Counted from the stretch's first letter, positions 38,591 to 47,164 are shown. The stretch is DNA of 47,164 nt from Candidatus Nanosyncoccus sp. (GCA_045535655.1 JAZSMA010000032.1:1-47164); one strand, 5' to 3'. Notes: a model not told the origin generated them from the letters alone. Program-made: numbers and translations.

Positions 38591-40164
38591 TTTCTACCTC
38601 GCATGAATATCTTAATTATATCATCATTACCGGTAATCTGCATGTTATCCATCCGATAAAATGCCAAACGTTCAGAGCGGCTTAGGTATTCTTCAATACT
38701 TACTACCTTACCGGGCTGTGGATCGATAAACTTGACCTTCCCATTCTTTACTTCAGCAACCCACGTATGACCGAAGTTTTTGTTCTTGTATTTATTAAGC
38801 ACTGCATAACGGCCATCTGGTTGTTTCTTGAGTGTATTGATAAACTTGCTGCCAGAAATAAAATTTGGGGAGACTTTTGGAAAATCTTTTGTCTTTGGAT
38901 CTACAAAGAATTCCTTACCCATCAACGATATACCGCCATTATTCGGGTTAGCGGCTACATCGTAACCACGTCTGCGCATTTCATAAGTTGGAACACAACG
39001 CTGACAATTAATCTTATATGAGAGGTCGAGATTGTAACGCGGATTCGCACCCTTCATGGCTTCCGTTTGAGTCATCGGTAGGCCCTGCTTCACACCAATA
39101 GCGTCCAAATTATTGTTGCCGAGCACTGGTTTAAGTCCGCTCCTCGTTATACGTGACATCTCTTGGAGAATGCCATGTTCTTTTTGCCATTCGTAGTAGT
39201 TCGTATTCTCGACTAATCTGGTTTCGTCAGTCACGCCATCACGCATACTACGCTGCCTTGATTCAAACCCATCTACAACTGGTACGATAGTTGATCGGCA
39301 ATATGGATGGAGCGGAGTTACATTCTCGCCTTGCTCTGCGTCTTTGACATTGAACACTTTGCTATCCATGCTTCGGCAAATATCAGAGGTCCGTTCATCC
39401 AGTGTGGCCAGAAACTTAAACTTCTTGATGCCAAGCTCTTTATATGATTCTAGCTCACCCTTGTTCTCGAAATAATTGGTTTCTGTACGGACCAAACGGC
39501 TGGCGTTAGAAAATCCAACGTCAAATCGTTCCATAACTTCGCGAATTGTCTTTTCTGGAGCTTGACCAGTAGCGACTGCTCGTGCAAGTATGTCTTGTAG
39601 TGAATTCGCCAGAACATCGGTATTCTTCCAAATCCTCTCGGAATAATTACTGCCTTCGAACTTGGTCTCTAGTATCTTCTCAATGGTCCTCTGGTTGAGC
39701 GTAGCAAAGGCTGTATTCGTTCCGGTGCCACTCAATACATCGTAAATGGTCCGGTAATAGGTATTTGTGAGCGTCTTTTCGTATGACTTGGTAGAGATGT
39801 TACGCTCTTGCATTGCCACCTTTTTCGACTCAGCCCAAAGCTGCGCCTCAAGCATGCGCAGACGGCTCATTCGTCCTTTGAAGTTTTCAGGCAATGAAGT
39901 ATCAAGCCCAGCTTTCGCCATGTCATTGAGAAACTTGGTGATATTGCCTTTCGGTTCAATTTCCTCTAGGAGTTCTTGGTTAAATGTCTCATCGTTCCGG
40001 TAGTAGCTCGCATAAGTCTCTTTGACGGTATTCACTACCGATCTGGCGGCTGAACGATAAGTGCTCTGGATTTTCTTGAGATACTGAATGGAGGATTTTT
40101 CAGCACTCGTCAATCGCTGCAGTGACCTTTTCTCCCAGTATTCTTCAGGCTGATACTTTGGCAT
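38587..40164 (-). CDS. Minor capsid protein MuF (SPP1 gp7-like) with C-terminal papain-fold toxin domain
   Basis: RLVRTE, ATLDERTSDIC, PLHPYCRS; then NCQRC...RRRGYDV...GHTW...IDPQ. Confidence 0.85.
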   Translation of the reverse strand: MPKYQPEEYWEKRSLQRLTSAEKSSIQYLKKIQSTYRSAARSVVNTVKETYASYYRNDETFNQELLEEIEPKGNITKFLNDMAKAGLDTSLPENFKGRMSRLRMLEAQLWAESKKVAMQERNISTKSYEKTLTNTYYRTIYDVLSGTGTNTAFATLNQRTIEKILETKFEGSNYSERIWKNTDVLANSLQDILARAVATGQAPEKTIREVMERFDVGFSNASRLVRTETNYFENKGELESYKELGIKKFKFLATLDERTSDICRSMDSKVFNVKDAEQGENVTPLHPYCRSTIVPVVDGFESRQRSMRDGVTDETRLVENTNYYEWQKEHGILQEMSRITRSGLKPVLGNNNLDAIGVKQGLPMTQTEAMKGANPRYNLDLSYKINCQRCVPTYEMRRRGYDVAANPNNGGISLMGKEFFVDPKTKDFPKVSPNFISGSKFINTLKKQPDGRYAVLNKYKNKNFGHTWVAEVKNGKVKFIDPQPGKVVSIEEYLSRSERLAFYRMDNMQITGNDDIIKIFMRGRK

Positions 40165-40169
40165 GAGGA

Positions 40170-41522
40170 TTACTCCTCATCTTCGTTATCGTTTGGTTTG
40201 TCTGTTCCGTAATTTCCGAGGTCCATATCCTCACTGGCTTCTGCTTCGGCCAGCTCAACAGTTTCTTTGGCATCTTGCACGAATGAAAGTTGCGCTGCCA
40301 AAGTTTCTTTGTCTACGATACCGGAGCCAACGAGGTTGTTAATCATCTGGCTGGTCTCAAGGTCATTTTGTGGCAATGCGCGCTTAAATACAGCGTCTAT
40401 TTCTTCAGTAGGTACTTTGGACATACTGGACTTTGTTACGAGGAAGTAATTGTAGATACGAAAACGATCCATGAGTGCATCCTCAAAGTAACGCTCTTTG
40501 TCTTTGATGTGCTGCTCAAACGCCAGCAATTTATAGAGAATAGCTACACCAGAGGAATTACCAGCGAATTTCTCATCGCTCATGTCCGGAGTCATTGAAA
40601 TCTTGTGAATATCGGTTGCGATAGTCTGACGCAATACATCCGCATCCGCTTCGTCAATATTCTTAATAATATATTCAATCTTCGAATCCGGTGGTAAGTT
40701 CGAGATAATTCGGCTCTCTTTGAGTTCTTTGCGCTGTTTATCATCAAAATCGGAACCGTAGAATGCAAGAATTGCATCTACCAAGCGTTCGCGGTCAATT
40801 ACGCGGTCACTCTGCAAAATGTTGTAGGCATCAATGAGCGAAATCACCGGCTCGAAATCGCCTACGCGGTCTGAGTCGTTTGGATACTCAATGATTGGCA
40901 CTTCACCGAATGAGTGCGTTGAGTCATCTTCTTCGTTGCCAATGAGCTCGCCATTCTTCAGTGTTCTCTCCATGACCATTGTAGAAGTGAGAATGGTGGC
41001 CTCGAACTGATTGCTGATTACCTCGCCCTTTTCATCGTATGAAGGCACGTAGACAATAGCGAACATCTTCTCGTGCTTTACGGTGTCATCGTAAACCAAA
41101 ATCACATTGCGTGGATCCACACGAGTAGACCAGCTTTCCGAGTTCTCATCGGTATAGATACGCTCAAATGCGTGACCAAATACGGAAGCATCTTTCGCTA
41201 GTTCAACATCCAACTTGGAGATTGTCTGCTTGCGGTATAGGTCAGTAATCGCTTTAATGTTATATTTTTCGGCTGCGAGATATTGCACCGGATTACCGAG
41301 TAAGTAACCGACATTTGTCTTGCTAATGTAACGAGCGAAGTTTGTGACGGCTAGAATTTGATGTGGCGCTTCACGACTCACGACTGCCTCGTTCATCATG
41401 TAGGCGTATAGTTTGTTATAGTGCTCAATCTGTTTCTTGCGAATGTTGCCGGTCAGCAAATTGTTCACGACTTGTGCCGTAGGTTCCGTACCTTTTGGCA
41501 GATAATAGACTTTTGTTATCAT
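40170..41522 (-). CDS. Portal protein, SPP1 gp6-like
   Basis: GYLLGNPV, HSFGEVPIIEY, GDFEPVISLIDAYN, GNSSGVA. Confidence 0.92.
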   Translation of the reverse strand: MITKVYYLPKGTEPTAQVVNNLLTGNIRKKQIEHYNKLYAYMMNEAVVSREAPHQILAVTNFARYISKTNVGYLLGNPVQYLAAEKYNIKAITDLYRKQTISKLDVELAKDASVFGHAFERIYTDENSESWSTRVDPRNVILVYDDTVKHEKMFAIVYVPSYDEKGEVISNQFEATILTSTMVMERTLKNGELIGNEEDDSTHSFGEVPIIEYPNDSDRVGDFEPVISLIDAYNILQSDRVIDRERLVDAILAFYGSDFDDKQRKELKESRIISNLPPDSKIEYIIKNIDEADADVLRQTIATDIHKISMTPDMSDEKFAGNSSGVAILYKLLAFEQHIKDKERYFEDALMDRFRIYNYFLVTKSSMSKVPTEEIDAVFKRALPQNDLETSQMINNLVGSGIVDKETLAAQLSFVQDAKETVELAEAEASEDMDLGNYGTDKPNDNEDEE

Positions 41523-41531
41523 TTTTCCTCC

Positions 41532-42980
41532 TTAAAATCCGTTTGAGAACACCGTTCTCTGAGTCCTGCCGAAGCCTAAATCGGCTTCTGTAATTATGCG
41601 AGGCTTACCTCGTGCTGTTATTGACTCGTAAATGGCCGCCAAGACATCTACGGAGTCATCGTGTGCGTTCTTGCCTTTACGCTGGTAACTCATTACCTGC
41701 TTATAGAAGTCAGGGAAACGAATGTGCCAGTTATGCGGCATGTAAACGTGGTTCTGCACCCAAGCCGAGCTAGCGAGGATTCGGCTCTCCTTGTTGTGGG
41801 TTTGAGTCTGCGAGGTTATGACTGTTTTGTTTGAATTGAATGTTTCTTTCAATAAACGTTCCACATTCCGCGCAAAACCACGTCCGCCATTATTGCTCTC
41901 AATCACAGCCTTTGACACTTCGCCACTAAAGAGCAGAGTGGCGACTTCGGGTTCGGTCTTTTCCATTGACTCGTCCGAGAATACGAGGTCGGTAATGTAT
42001 GCCTCGTCCTCATAGACGATATAGTTAATTGAACATAGGTAATCGGTGCCGGTATCTGCAGTATCCGTATAGTTGAGCGTTTCGCCCTTTGGTAATTCTT
42101 CCCAAATCTTGAACTCGCTATACAGCCGGCCAGTAACATCAATGGGTTTCTGGTTGTAGTTTGCCTCCACGATGTCTACGTTCATTTCTTGCTTTAGAAA
42201 TTCGTAATCACCTTTGCTCAATATTTCCTCACAGAGCATCTTTCCTTTGTCGTCTTGGGCTCGGTAGGCTATCAGCTCTACATCATCGCCAAATGCGCCC
42301 AGAATGCGTCCTGCGAGGTCTTTTTCGCCCCACCTCGTCATAATGATGATCGCTTTTCGCTTGCCCTCTAAACGTGAGAGCATCGTATTTGTAAACCAGC
42401 TCCAAGTATCGTCCAGAGCGTTCTCATTGTACGCTTCTTCGGCTGAACGTACCAAGTCATCGCAAATCAGATAATCGCAACCGAACCCTGTGGCCGTACC
42501 GCCCGGACTGGTTGCGAGATAGGATACTTGCGTTTGCCCTTCAATCGTCCACATCTGCGCGGCTGCTTCGCCATACTTCACAGTGGTGTCGAATATATCG
42601 GAGTAAACAATGTTTTCGCCAACCTTTTCCGTCTGGATCATATTTCGGACTGAACGTGAGAAAATGCTCGCCAGCCGTTCATTGTAGGATGCCGTCATAA
42701 TGCGAGTGCTGGGCTCTCTACCGAATAGCCACGCTGTCGTATCTTGCGCTGTGAGCGACTTACCATGGCGAGGCGGAGCGTTAATCACTAGGAAATGCTT
42801 TGGCGACTTCTCAATGAAATCCTCGATTTTGTCAGCCATATCACGTAGAAATGTGCGGTCCTCTTTGTAGAAGCTCGGATGCATAACGCGGCAGAAATCC
42901 CACAGCGTCTTGCGAGCTAATGCAATATCAAGCTCACGCTCTGGCACTCGGTCCAATATCTTCTGCTCGTCCGTTTTCAT
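41532..42980 (-). CDS. terL: Terminase large subunit
   Basis: APPRHGKS, TGFGCDYLICDD, MTRW...DL.G, HDDSVD. Confidence 0.92.
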   Translation of the reverse strand: MKTDEQKILDRVPERELDIALARKTLWDFCRVMHPSFYKEDRTFLRDMADKIEDFIEKSPKHFLVINAPPRHGKSLTAQDTTAWLFGREPSTRIMTASYNERLASIFSRSVRNMIQTEKVGENIVYSDIFDTTVKYGEAAAQMWTIEGQTQVSYLATSPGGTATGFGCDYLICDDLVRSAEEAYNENALDDTWSWFTNTMLSRLEGKRKAIIIMTRWGEKDLAGRILGAFGDDVELIAYRAQDDKGKMLCEEILSKGDYEFLKQEMNVDIVEANYNQKPIDVTGRLYSEFKIWEELPKGETLNYTDTADTGTDYLCSINYIVYEDEAYITDLVFSDESMEKTEPEVATLLFSGEVSKAVIESNNGGRGFARNVERLLKETFNSNKTVITSQTQTHNKESRILASSAWVQNHVYMPHNWHIRFPDFYKQVMSYQRKGKNAHDDSVDVLAAIYESITARGKPRIITEADLGFGRTQRTVFSNGF

Positions 42981-44476
42981 GACTTCCTTTCGAACCTGCT
43001 CGGCCTGTTAAATCTGTCCTGCAACCACTTTCCGACATCGCCATCGTTGAAGCTTGCATCTGAGGTTGAGATGAAATCCCAATCCTTTGCTTTGTCGGCA
43101 ATGTCTGGAATGTGCCTTTTCATAATCTTTTTATCAGGGGAATCAACTCCGCCAATCTCCCAATAATTCCCATACAACGCCCTTATCATAGGCTCGTACG
43201 GATATTTCTCTAATACTTCCAGCATCTTCTTGCGGTTAATCAGCATGGGTTTGTGGACTGCGTAATTGAGTTCTGGCTTGCCAGCTTCAACGAGCAACTG
43301 CTGGAGCTTGCGTAATTGTCTTGTCCAATCAATCGACTTGCCTCGGCTGGCTTCGGTTGATTCTATCTTTTCCGACAATGTTCCGTCATACTGAACCGGC
43401 ATGTCCTCACGCATCGGCTGCAATACGAAGAAATCGTCATTGAATAGCCAAAAGTCCTCTGTAATCTTGTCATTCCTGCATACCATCTCCATCATCCGGC
43501 GGACGTTCTGCCACTTCGTAGGCGCGCCTTGAAGCACTCTAACATTCTCGTCTGGGTTCATACCATTTGGACATCCACCATAGAACCAAAGCTTGTGGAA
43601 CTTCAGGTTCTCACAAACGCTGCGTAATGAATAGCGCAATTCTTCGTTGTATGGAGTCTCTTTGAGGAAGTAGACTACATCGTATTTGCCAGCTTCTCTC
43701 GTGCCAACGCCGTACTTTTGGAATATCGGTTTATCGTAGTTTCGCTTGATGGCCCAGTCAATCCAGCCAAAACGCTCTGGATCCGTCTGCTTTTCGCGTA
43801 GCTTGCATAGCTCTTTGTCTAATCCGGCCAAATACTCTCGGCACATACCACCACGACAAATTGACTTGTTATCATCTAAATAATGGCGCATTAGCACCTG
43901 TGGCGCATGATAGAGCCCTCTATTCGCCAATATACACTCGGCATTGAATAGCTCATCCTCGCCGAATGTCATGCCTTTTTTGAACTTGATTTTGTTCTCG
44001 TCTAGGAAACTCTTTTTGTACATCTTATTCCACACCATTGAGGTATACGCTGGCGTATAATCCAGCCCATAGAACTTCTTTGGAGCACATTTTCGGACTG
44101 GTCTGAAGTTCGGGCCATGCATATAACGATATTGTCCGAACTGAATAACGTTGAAATCATGGCGCTGCATTTTGGTCATGACATCTATTGCGTCATTGGT
44201 GAGCGCGTCATCTCCGTCTAGGAAAGCAATGTATTCACCCTTGGCTTTGGCCATCCCGAAGTTGCGAGCTTCCGAAACACCGGCGTTCTTTTTCTTGTGG
44301 TAGATCTCCCAGCCGTATTTCGCAGCGTAACTGTCGCAAATCTCACCGGAGCCGTCTGTTGAGGCATCGTCAACCATAATCACCTGCATGTCGGTATTGG
44401 TTTGGCTCACAACGCTATCGAGACAGCGTTTCAGAAATGGAGCTTTGTTGTAGACCGGAATAATCAAGCTAATCAT
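42977..44476 (-). CDS. GT2 glycosyltransferase fused to a Stealth-like phosphotransferase domain
   Basis: ISLIIPVYN, VDDASTD, GVSEARN, FLDGDD, GEDELF; then YDVVY...EELRYSLRS...LFNDDFF. Confidence 0.8.
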   Translation of the reverse strand: MISLIIPVYNKAPFLKRCLDSVVSQTNTDMQVIMVDDASTDGSGEICDSYAAKYGWEIYHKKKNAGVSEARNFGMAKAKGEYIAFLDGDDALTNDAIDVMTKMQRHDFNVIQFGQYRYMHGPNFRPVRKCAPKKFYGLDYTPAYTSMVWNKMYKKSFLDENKIKFKKGMTFGEDELFNAECILANRGLYHAPQVLMRHYLDDNKSICRGGMCREYLAGLDKELCKLREKQTDPERFGWIDWAIKRNYDKPIFQKYGVGTREAGKYDVVYFLKETPYNEELRYSLRSVCENLKFHKLWFYGGCPNGMNPDENVRVLQGAPTKWQNVRRMMEMVCRNDKITEDFWLFNDDFFVLQPMREDMPVQYDGTLSEKIESTEASRGKSIDWTRQLRKLQQLLVEAGKPELNYAVHKPMLINRKKMLEVLEKYPYEPMIRALYGNYWEIGGVDSPDKKIMKRHIPDIADKAKDWDFISTSDASFNDGDVGKWLQDRFNRPSRFERKS

Positions 44477-44988
44477 TTCTTATCACCTTTGCTTAAGTTT
44501 TTCAGTGCCTTCAATGTTCGCAGTTCTTCTACGGAAAGGCTATCGAGTGGCGTTTCGATGTGTCGCACCGGAGTAACATCTTTGGTCTCCTGTGGATCGA
44601 AATTACCGTTGAGTTTAATCTTAATCTCTAACGCCTTCGCAATCTCTGCCGGAGTAGAGTTCGGATTGTCGATAATCTCGTCCAGCCGGTTCAAGTCCTT
44701 CTGAATACGCTCTGGATCTTTCTTCGCTCGTATCTTTGCCATAGCGCGATATGAAAAATCGTTTTGTGGACGGCCACCACAAGTATTGTTTGGCTGATAC
44801 TCTGACGTGAAAGGTTTCCCAATTACTCGCGGTTTCTTTGCGTTTTTCTTGACAGCTTCCACTTTTTGTGGCGTTTCCACTTTTGGCTTAGGTTTCGGAG
44901 GCTGAACCGGTGCTTTCGGGGTAACTTTTGCAGCAGAAATCGAGATCGGTTTCTTCTTCCTACTAATATCAATCTTTTTCTCTGCCAT
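44473..44988 (-). CDS. Putative terminase small subunit
   Basis: Basic protein; KPF...QP...GGRP; LDSLSVEELR; upstream of terL. Confidence 0.6.
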   Translation of the reverse strand: MAEKKIDISRKKKPISISAAKVTPKAPVQPPKPKPKVETPQKVEAVKKNAKKPRVIGKPFTSEYQPNNTCGGRPQNDFSYRAMAKIRAKKDPERIQKDLNRLDEIIDNPNSTPAEIAKALEIKIKLNGNFDPQETKDVTPVRHIETPLDSLSVEELRTLKALKNLSKGDKK

Positions 44989-45005
44989 AAAAATTACCTC
45001 GCTTA

Positions 45006-45323
45006 TTATTTAGTTATTTGCTTTTCAATTTGCCGATACCAATCATCATATTCTTTGATTTTCTTCGTCATGAGACCATTGCCGCCATTGTCATGATAAA
45101 TATCGTATTCTTCGTGAATCCGGGAATAATTCTCGGGTAGTTTATGATTCAAATGGTAATCTACTTTATCCTCCACCATCATCTGTAAGATGGACTGCTT
45201 TGCATCGTTTCTTGCTGATGTCGTTTTGTGTTCGTCTAGCTTTTGGTTGGTCTTGCGACTTTGCCAAACTATCGTGAATATTGTTGTTATTGCGCCGATT
45301 AAGGCCACTATGATTTCAATCAT
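45006..45323 (-). CDS. Small membrane protein (holin-like family)
   Basis: N-terminal TM; Y..YH..GGNG motif; start placed at ATG 45323. Confidence 0.6.
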   Translation of the reverse strand: MIEIIVALIGAITTIFTIVWQSRKTNQKLDEHKTTSARNDAKQSILQMMVEDKVDYHLNHKLPENYSRIHEEYDIYHDNGGNGLMTKKIKEYDDWYRQIEKQITK

Positions 45324-45381
45324 TTGTTTGTTACGCTCCGAAGCATTAATTCGTCTCCTTTTTCTAGGTGAATGATGGGCA

Positions 45382-45440
45382 CAAAAAACACTTGCCAATC
45401 AATCTTGACAAGTGCAATAGTCCTTGAGTTAATTATAGCA
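45382..45440 (-). promoter_or_regulatory. Late leader D (upstream of the packaging operon)
   Basis: Minus strand: TGCTATAAT-taactca-AGGACTATT-GCACTTGTCAA-gattga-TTGGCAAGTGT-TTTTTG. Confidence 0.8.
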
Positions 45441-45441
45441 C

Positions 45442-45592
45442 AAAAAACCACCTACCTTAAGTTACCAACATTGCTGTTGCTGTTCGGTTGGTGGCCGAGG
45501 CTGATTAGGTTGCCGATAGAGTTGAATAGTATCGCAACGGCTACTTAAAGCAAGTTTTTCCTGCCAGCCGTAAGCCTCTCAGCTGTAACTTT
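45442..45592 (-). ncRNA. Putative structured RNA / terminator downstream of the RT
   Basis: Nested complementarities aagttac/gtaactt, gaggct/agcctc, ggct/agcc, gttgc(c)gata/tatcgcaac; ends in ggtgg-TTTTTT on the minus strand. Confidence 0.4.
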
Positions 45593-45595
45593 ATT

Positions 45596-46615
45596 TTACC
45601 ATAAACTCTTGTAATATGCGTCCATGCGGCGCAACAACTTAGCTGAGTCACCTCTCTCGGCGTGAGCACGCCAGCTCCGGTAACATTCGTCTACTTTGTC
45701 TTTGGTTATGCGACCTTTCTTGGCCAACTTCACCAGCCGGAATAGTTTGCGCCGGTAGTTTTTCACATTCCTTGGTAAGACGGTTTTGACTACCTTGCCG
45801 GTGTCTGTGAGCTTGTAAATGAAGCCGAGATATTTGATGCCTTCCGTAATGGGATATATTCTCGTTTTCTTAGGATGGAGTTCAAAGCCCATAGGTTCGA
45901 GCTGAGCTGCAATTTCTTGCCAGCAATACTCGAGGTAATCCTTACTCTCATGAATGAGAATAAAATCATCCATGTATCTCGTATACAATTTGATACGTAG
46001 GCGTTCTTTAATGAAATGGTCTAAATCGTTGAGGACTGATATACCAGCAATCTGGATCATCTGGCTACCCGGCAGGAAACCCACTTCGCCGGGGTATTGG
46101 CTATACATTATTTCACAAGCCATTCCATGTATTTCAGGAGGTAAATGCTTACTGAATGTTTTCTCCACGACATCGTGCCGCATATTTGGATAATAACCCT
46201 TAATATCGCATTGTAGGACGTAGCCGTCTGTACCATGCTTTCGGTAGTATCTCTGTAAAAAGCAAACAAGCCTCCCTCGCGAGAAGTTCGTTCCTTTATT
46301 TTTCCGACAGGCTCCGTTGTCGTAAATCAGACTTTTTTCTATAGTCGGATATATCACATTATCGTTGAGGCTTCGTTGATAAACTCTATCTCGGAAGGCC
46401 ACGCCCATGACAGTCCGTACTTTACCAGAACTAATGACCGTAAATGGGCGCAATGGTCTGGAAACATACGTGCCATTTTTTAGCTGTTCTTCTAGTTTCA
46501 GCGTCTCCTCAATTATATTCAAAATGTAGTGGGCTACACTGTCTTTCCAAATTACACCCTTTTTGCATTTCATTGCGCTCTTATAAAGCGCCTCAAAACC
46601 TATAACATTATCCAT
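45596..46615 (-). CDS. DGR reverse transcriptase
   Basis: FRDRVYQ, QCDIKGYY, PGSQ, RYMDDF, YLGF; compact 339 aa with no maturase or endonuclease domain; adjacent TR and avd. Confidence 0.9.
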   Translation of the reverse strand: MDNVIGFEALYKSAMKCKKGVIWKDSVAHYILNIIEETLKLEEQLKNGTYVSRPLRPFTVISSGKVRTVMGVAFRDRVYQRSLNDNVIYPTIEKSLIYDNGACRKNKGTNFSRGRLVCFLQRYYRKHGTDGYVLQCDIKGYYPNMRHDVVEKTFSKHLPPEIHGMACEIMYSQYPGEVGFLPGSQMIQIAGISVLNDLDHFIKERLRIKLYTRYMDDFILIHESKDYLEYCWQEIAAQLEPMGFELHPKKTRIYPITEGIKYLGFIYKLTDTGKVVKTVLPRNVKNYRRKLFRLVKLAKKGRITKDKVDECYRSWRAHAERGDSAKLLRRMDAYYKSLW

Positions 46616-46789
46616 ATTTCCACCCTAGGCGCGGTGCTTATAGTGATACTGACTCGTAAGTCAATCACGTCACCGCGCAGTTGTTTGATGTTGAGGACAT
46701 AAATGTCACCAACATACAGGAATTCGGCTCCTTGTATCATACCAATAGTCCAGCGCCTTATACTATGTAACGGGCGTAAGCTGGTGCCG

Positions 46790-46925
46790 TAAGATACGAT
46801 CTGGAGCGAAGCGATTACCGGCGTTGGTGTTGTTCTGGTCTAACGAACCGTTGTTATTGCCCTGCAGCTGATTATTCGCGTTGCCATAATTCGCCGAGCG
46901 CAACCACACCACAATCACCAGCTAC
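46790..46925 (-). ncRNA. DGR template repeat (TR), ends approximate
   Basis: No start codon; conceptual translation VWLRSANYGNANNQLQGNNNGSLDQNNTNAGNRFAPDRI with 11 AAY codons; lies between avd and RT. Confidence 0.85.
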
Positions 46926-46945
46926 TTTCTAGCCTACATCCTACG

Positions 46946-47164
46946 CTATGATGAGTCATAGCGCTTTTTATCGGCATTGCGCCACTTTCTAATATAGTCG
47001 CGCGCTTCTTTTGTTATTTTTCCCCAATAAGCTATCCGTTTAGCGGATAGATGATATGTGCCGTAGGCCATATCTATACAAATCAATAATTCAGTGCATG
47101 CTTGTATGGCTTGAGTTTGGAACCTATACCTAGCCTCTTTCGCTTCTTCGTCAATTTCGCCTGT
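46946..47164 (-). CDS. avd: Avd-like DGR accessory protein (C-terminal part)
   Basis: Manual translation ...ARYRFQTQAIQACTELLICIDMA...RIAYWGKITKEARDYIRKWRNADKKRY; basic and helical, directly upstream of TR. Confidence 0.8.
   Translation of the reverse strand, partial: TGEIDEEAKEARYRFQTQAIQACTELLICIDMAYGTYHLSAKRIAYWGKITKEARDYIRKWRNADKKRYDSS

Larger units (their letters stand above)
16890..47164. mobile_element. Siphovirus-like prophage (left boundary approximate; continues past the right edge)
   Basis: RecE/RecT, terminase, portal, capsid, tail, tape measure and lysis genes; switch from leaderless host genes to SD-led overlapping ORFs. Confidence 0.9.

Noticed and set aside
29432-45440. The repeated leader motif as a CRISPR array or known riboswitch
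   Set aside because: Copies are dispersed over 16 kb with no spacers. The transcribed part is only ~8 nt plus a terminator, too small for an aptamer I recognise.
1133-46193. Numerous antisense or alternate-frame ORFs in the track (e.g. 1133-1435, 12684-13166, 21025-21501, 32351-32908)
   Set aside because: They are shadows of well-supported genes, with no recognisable motifs.
45596-46615. RT as a group II intron or retron
   Set aside because: Short, no maturase/endonuclease domain, no retron VTG motif, and flanked by an AAY-rich TR and avd.
16985-47164. Stop-codon reassignment in the phage
   Set aside because: Long ORFs are intact under the standard code, and TAA, TAG and TGA all serve as stops.

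Overview
Two very different halves. Positions 1-16.8 kb are chromosomal housekeeping DNA of a small-genome bacterium, most likely Saccharibacteria/Patescibacteria (my inference). This half carries dCMP deaminase, typA, tatD, iscS, mnmA, a short alaS, ftsA and large surface proteins. Most of these genes look leaderless (TGnTATAAT 6-7 nt before the ATG), and several enzymes contain in-frame palindromic insertions. Positions ~16.9-47.2 kb are a siphovirus-type prophage with no integrase at the left junction. An early operon on the + strand (RecE/RecT, VRR-NUC, phosphoesterase, small ORFs) converges on a morphogenesis/lysis region on the - strand. That region includes a MuF-papain-fold toxin with a probable immunity gene, a GT2-Stealth fusion and tRNA-Ile, and a DGR (avd-TR-RT) lies at the right edge. 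The most striking unexplained feature is four late leaders built as extended -10 promoter + GACUAAUUGCAC + terminator. A ~150-nt structured RNA in the early operon carries the exact antisense of that motif, suggesting a trans-acting RNA antitermination switch.
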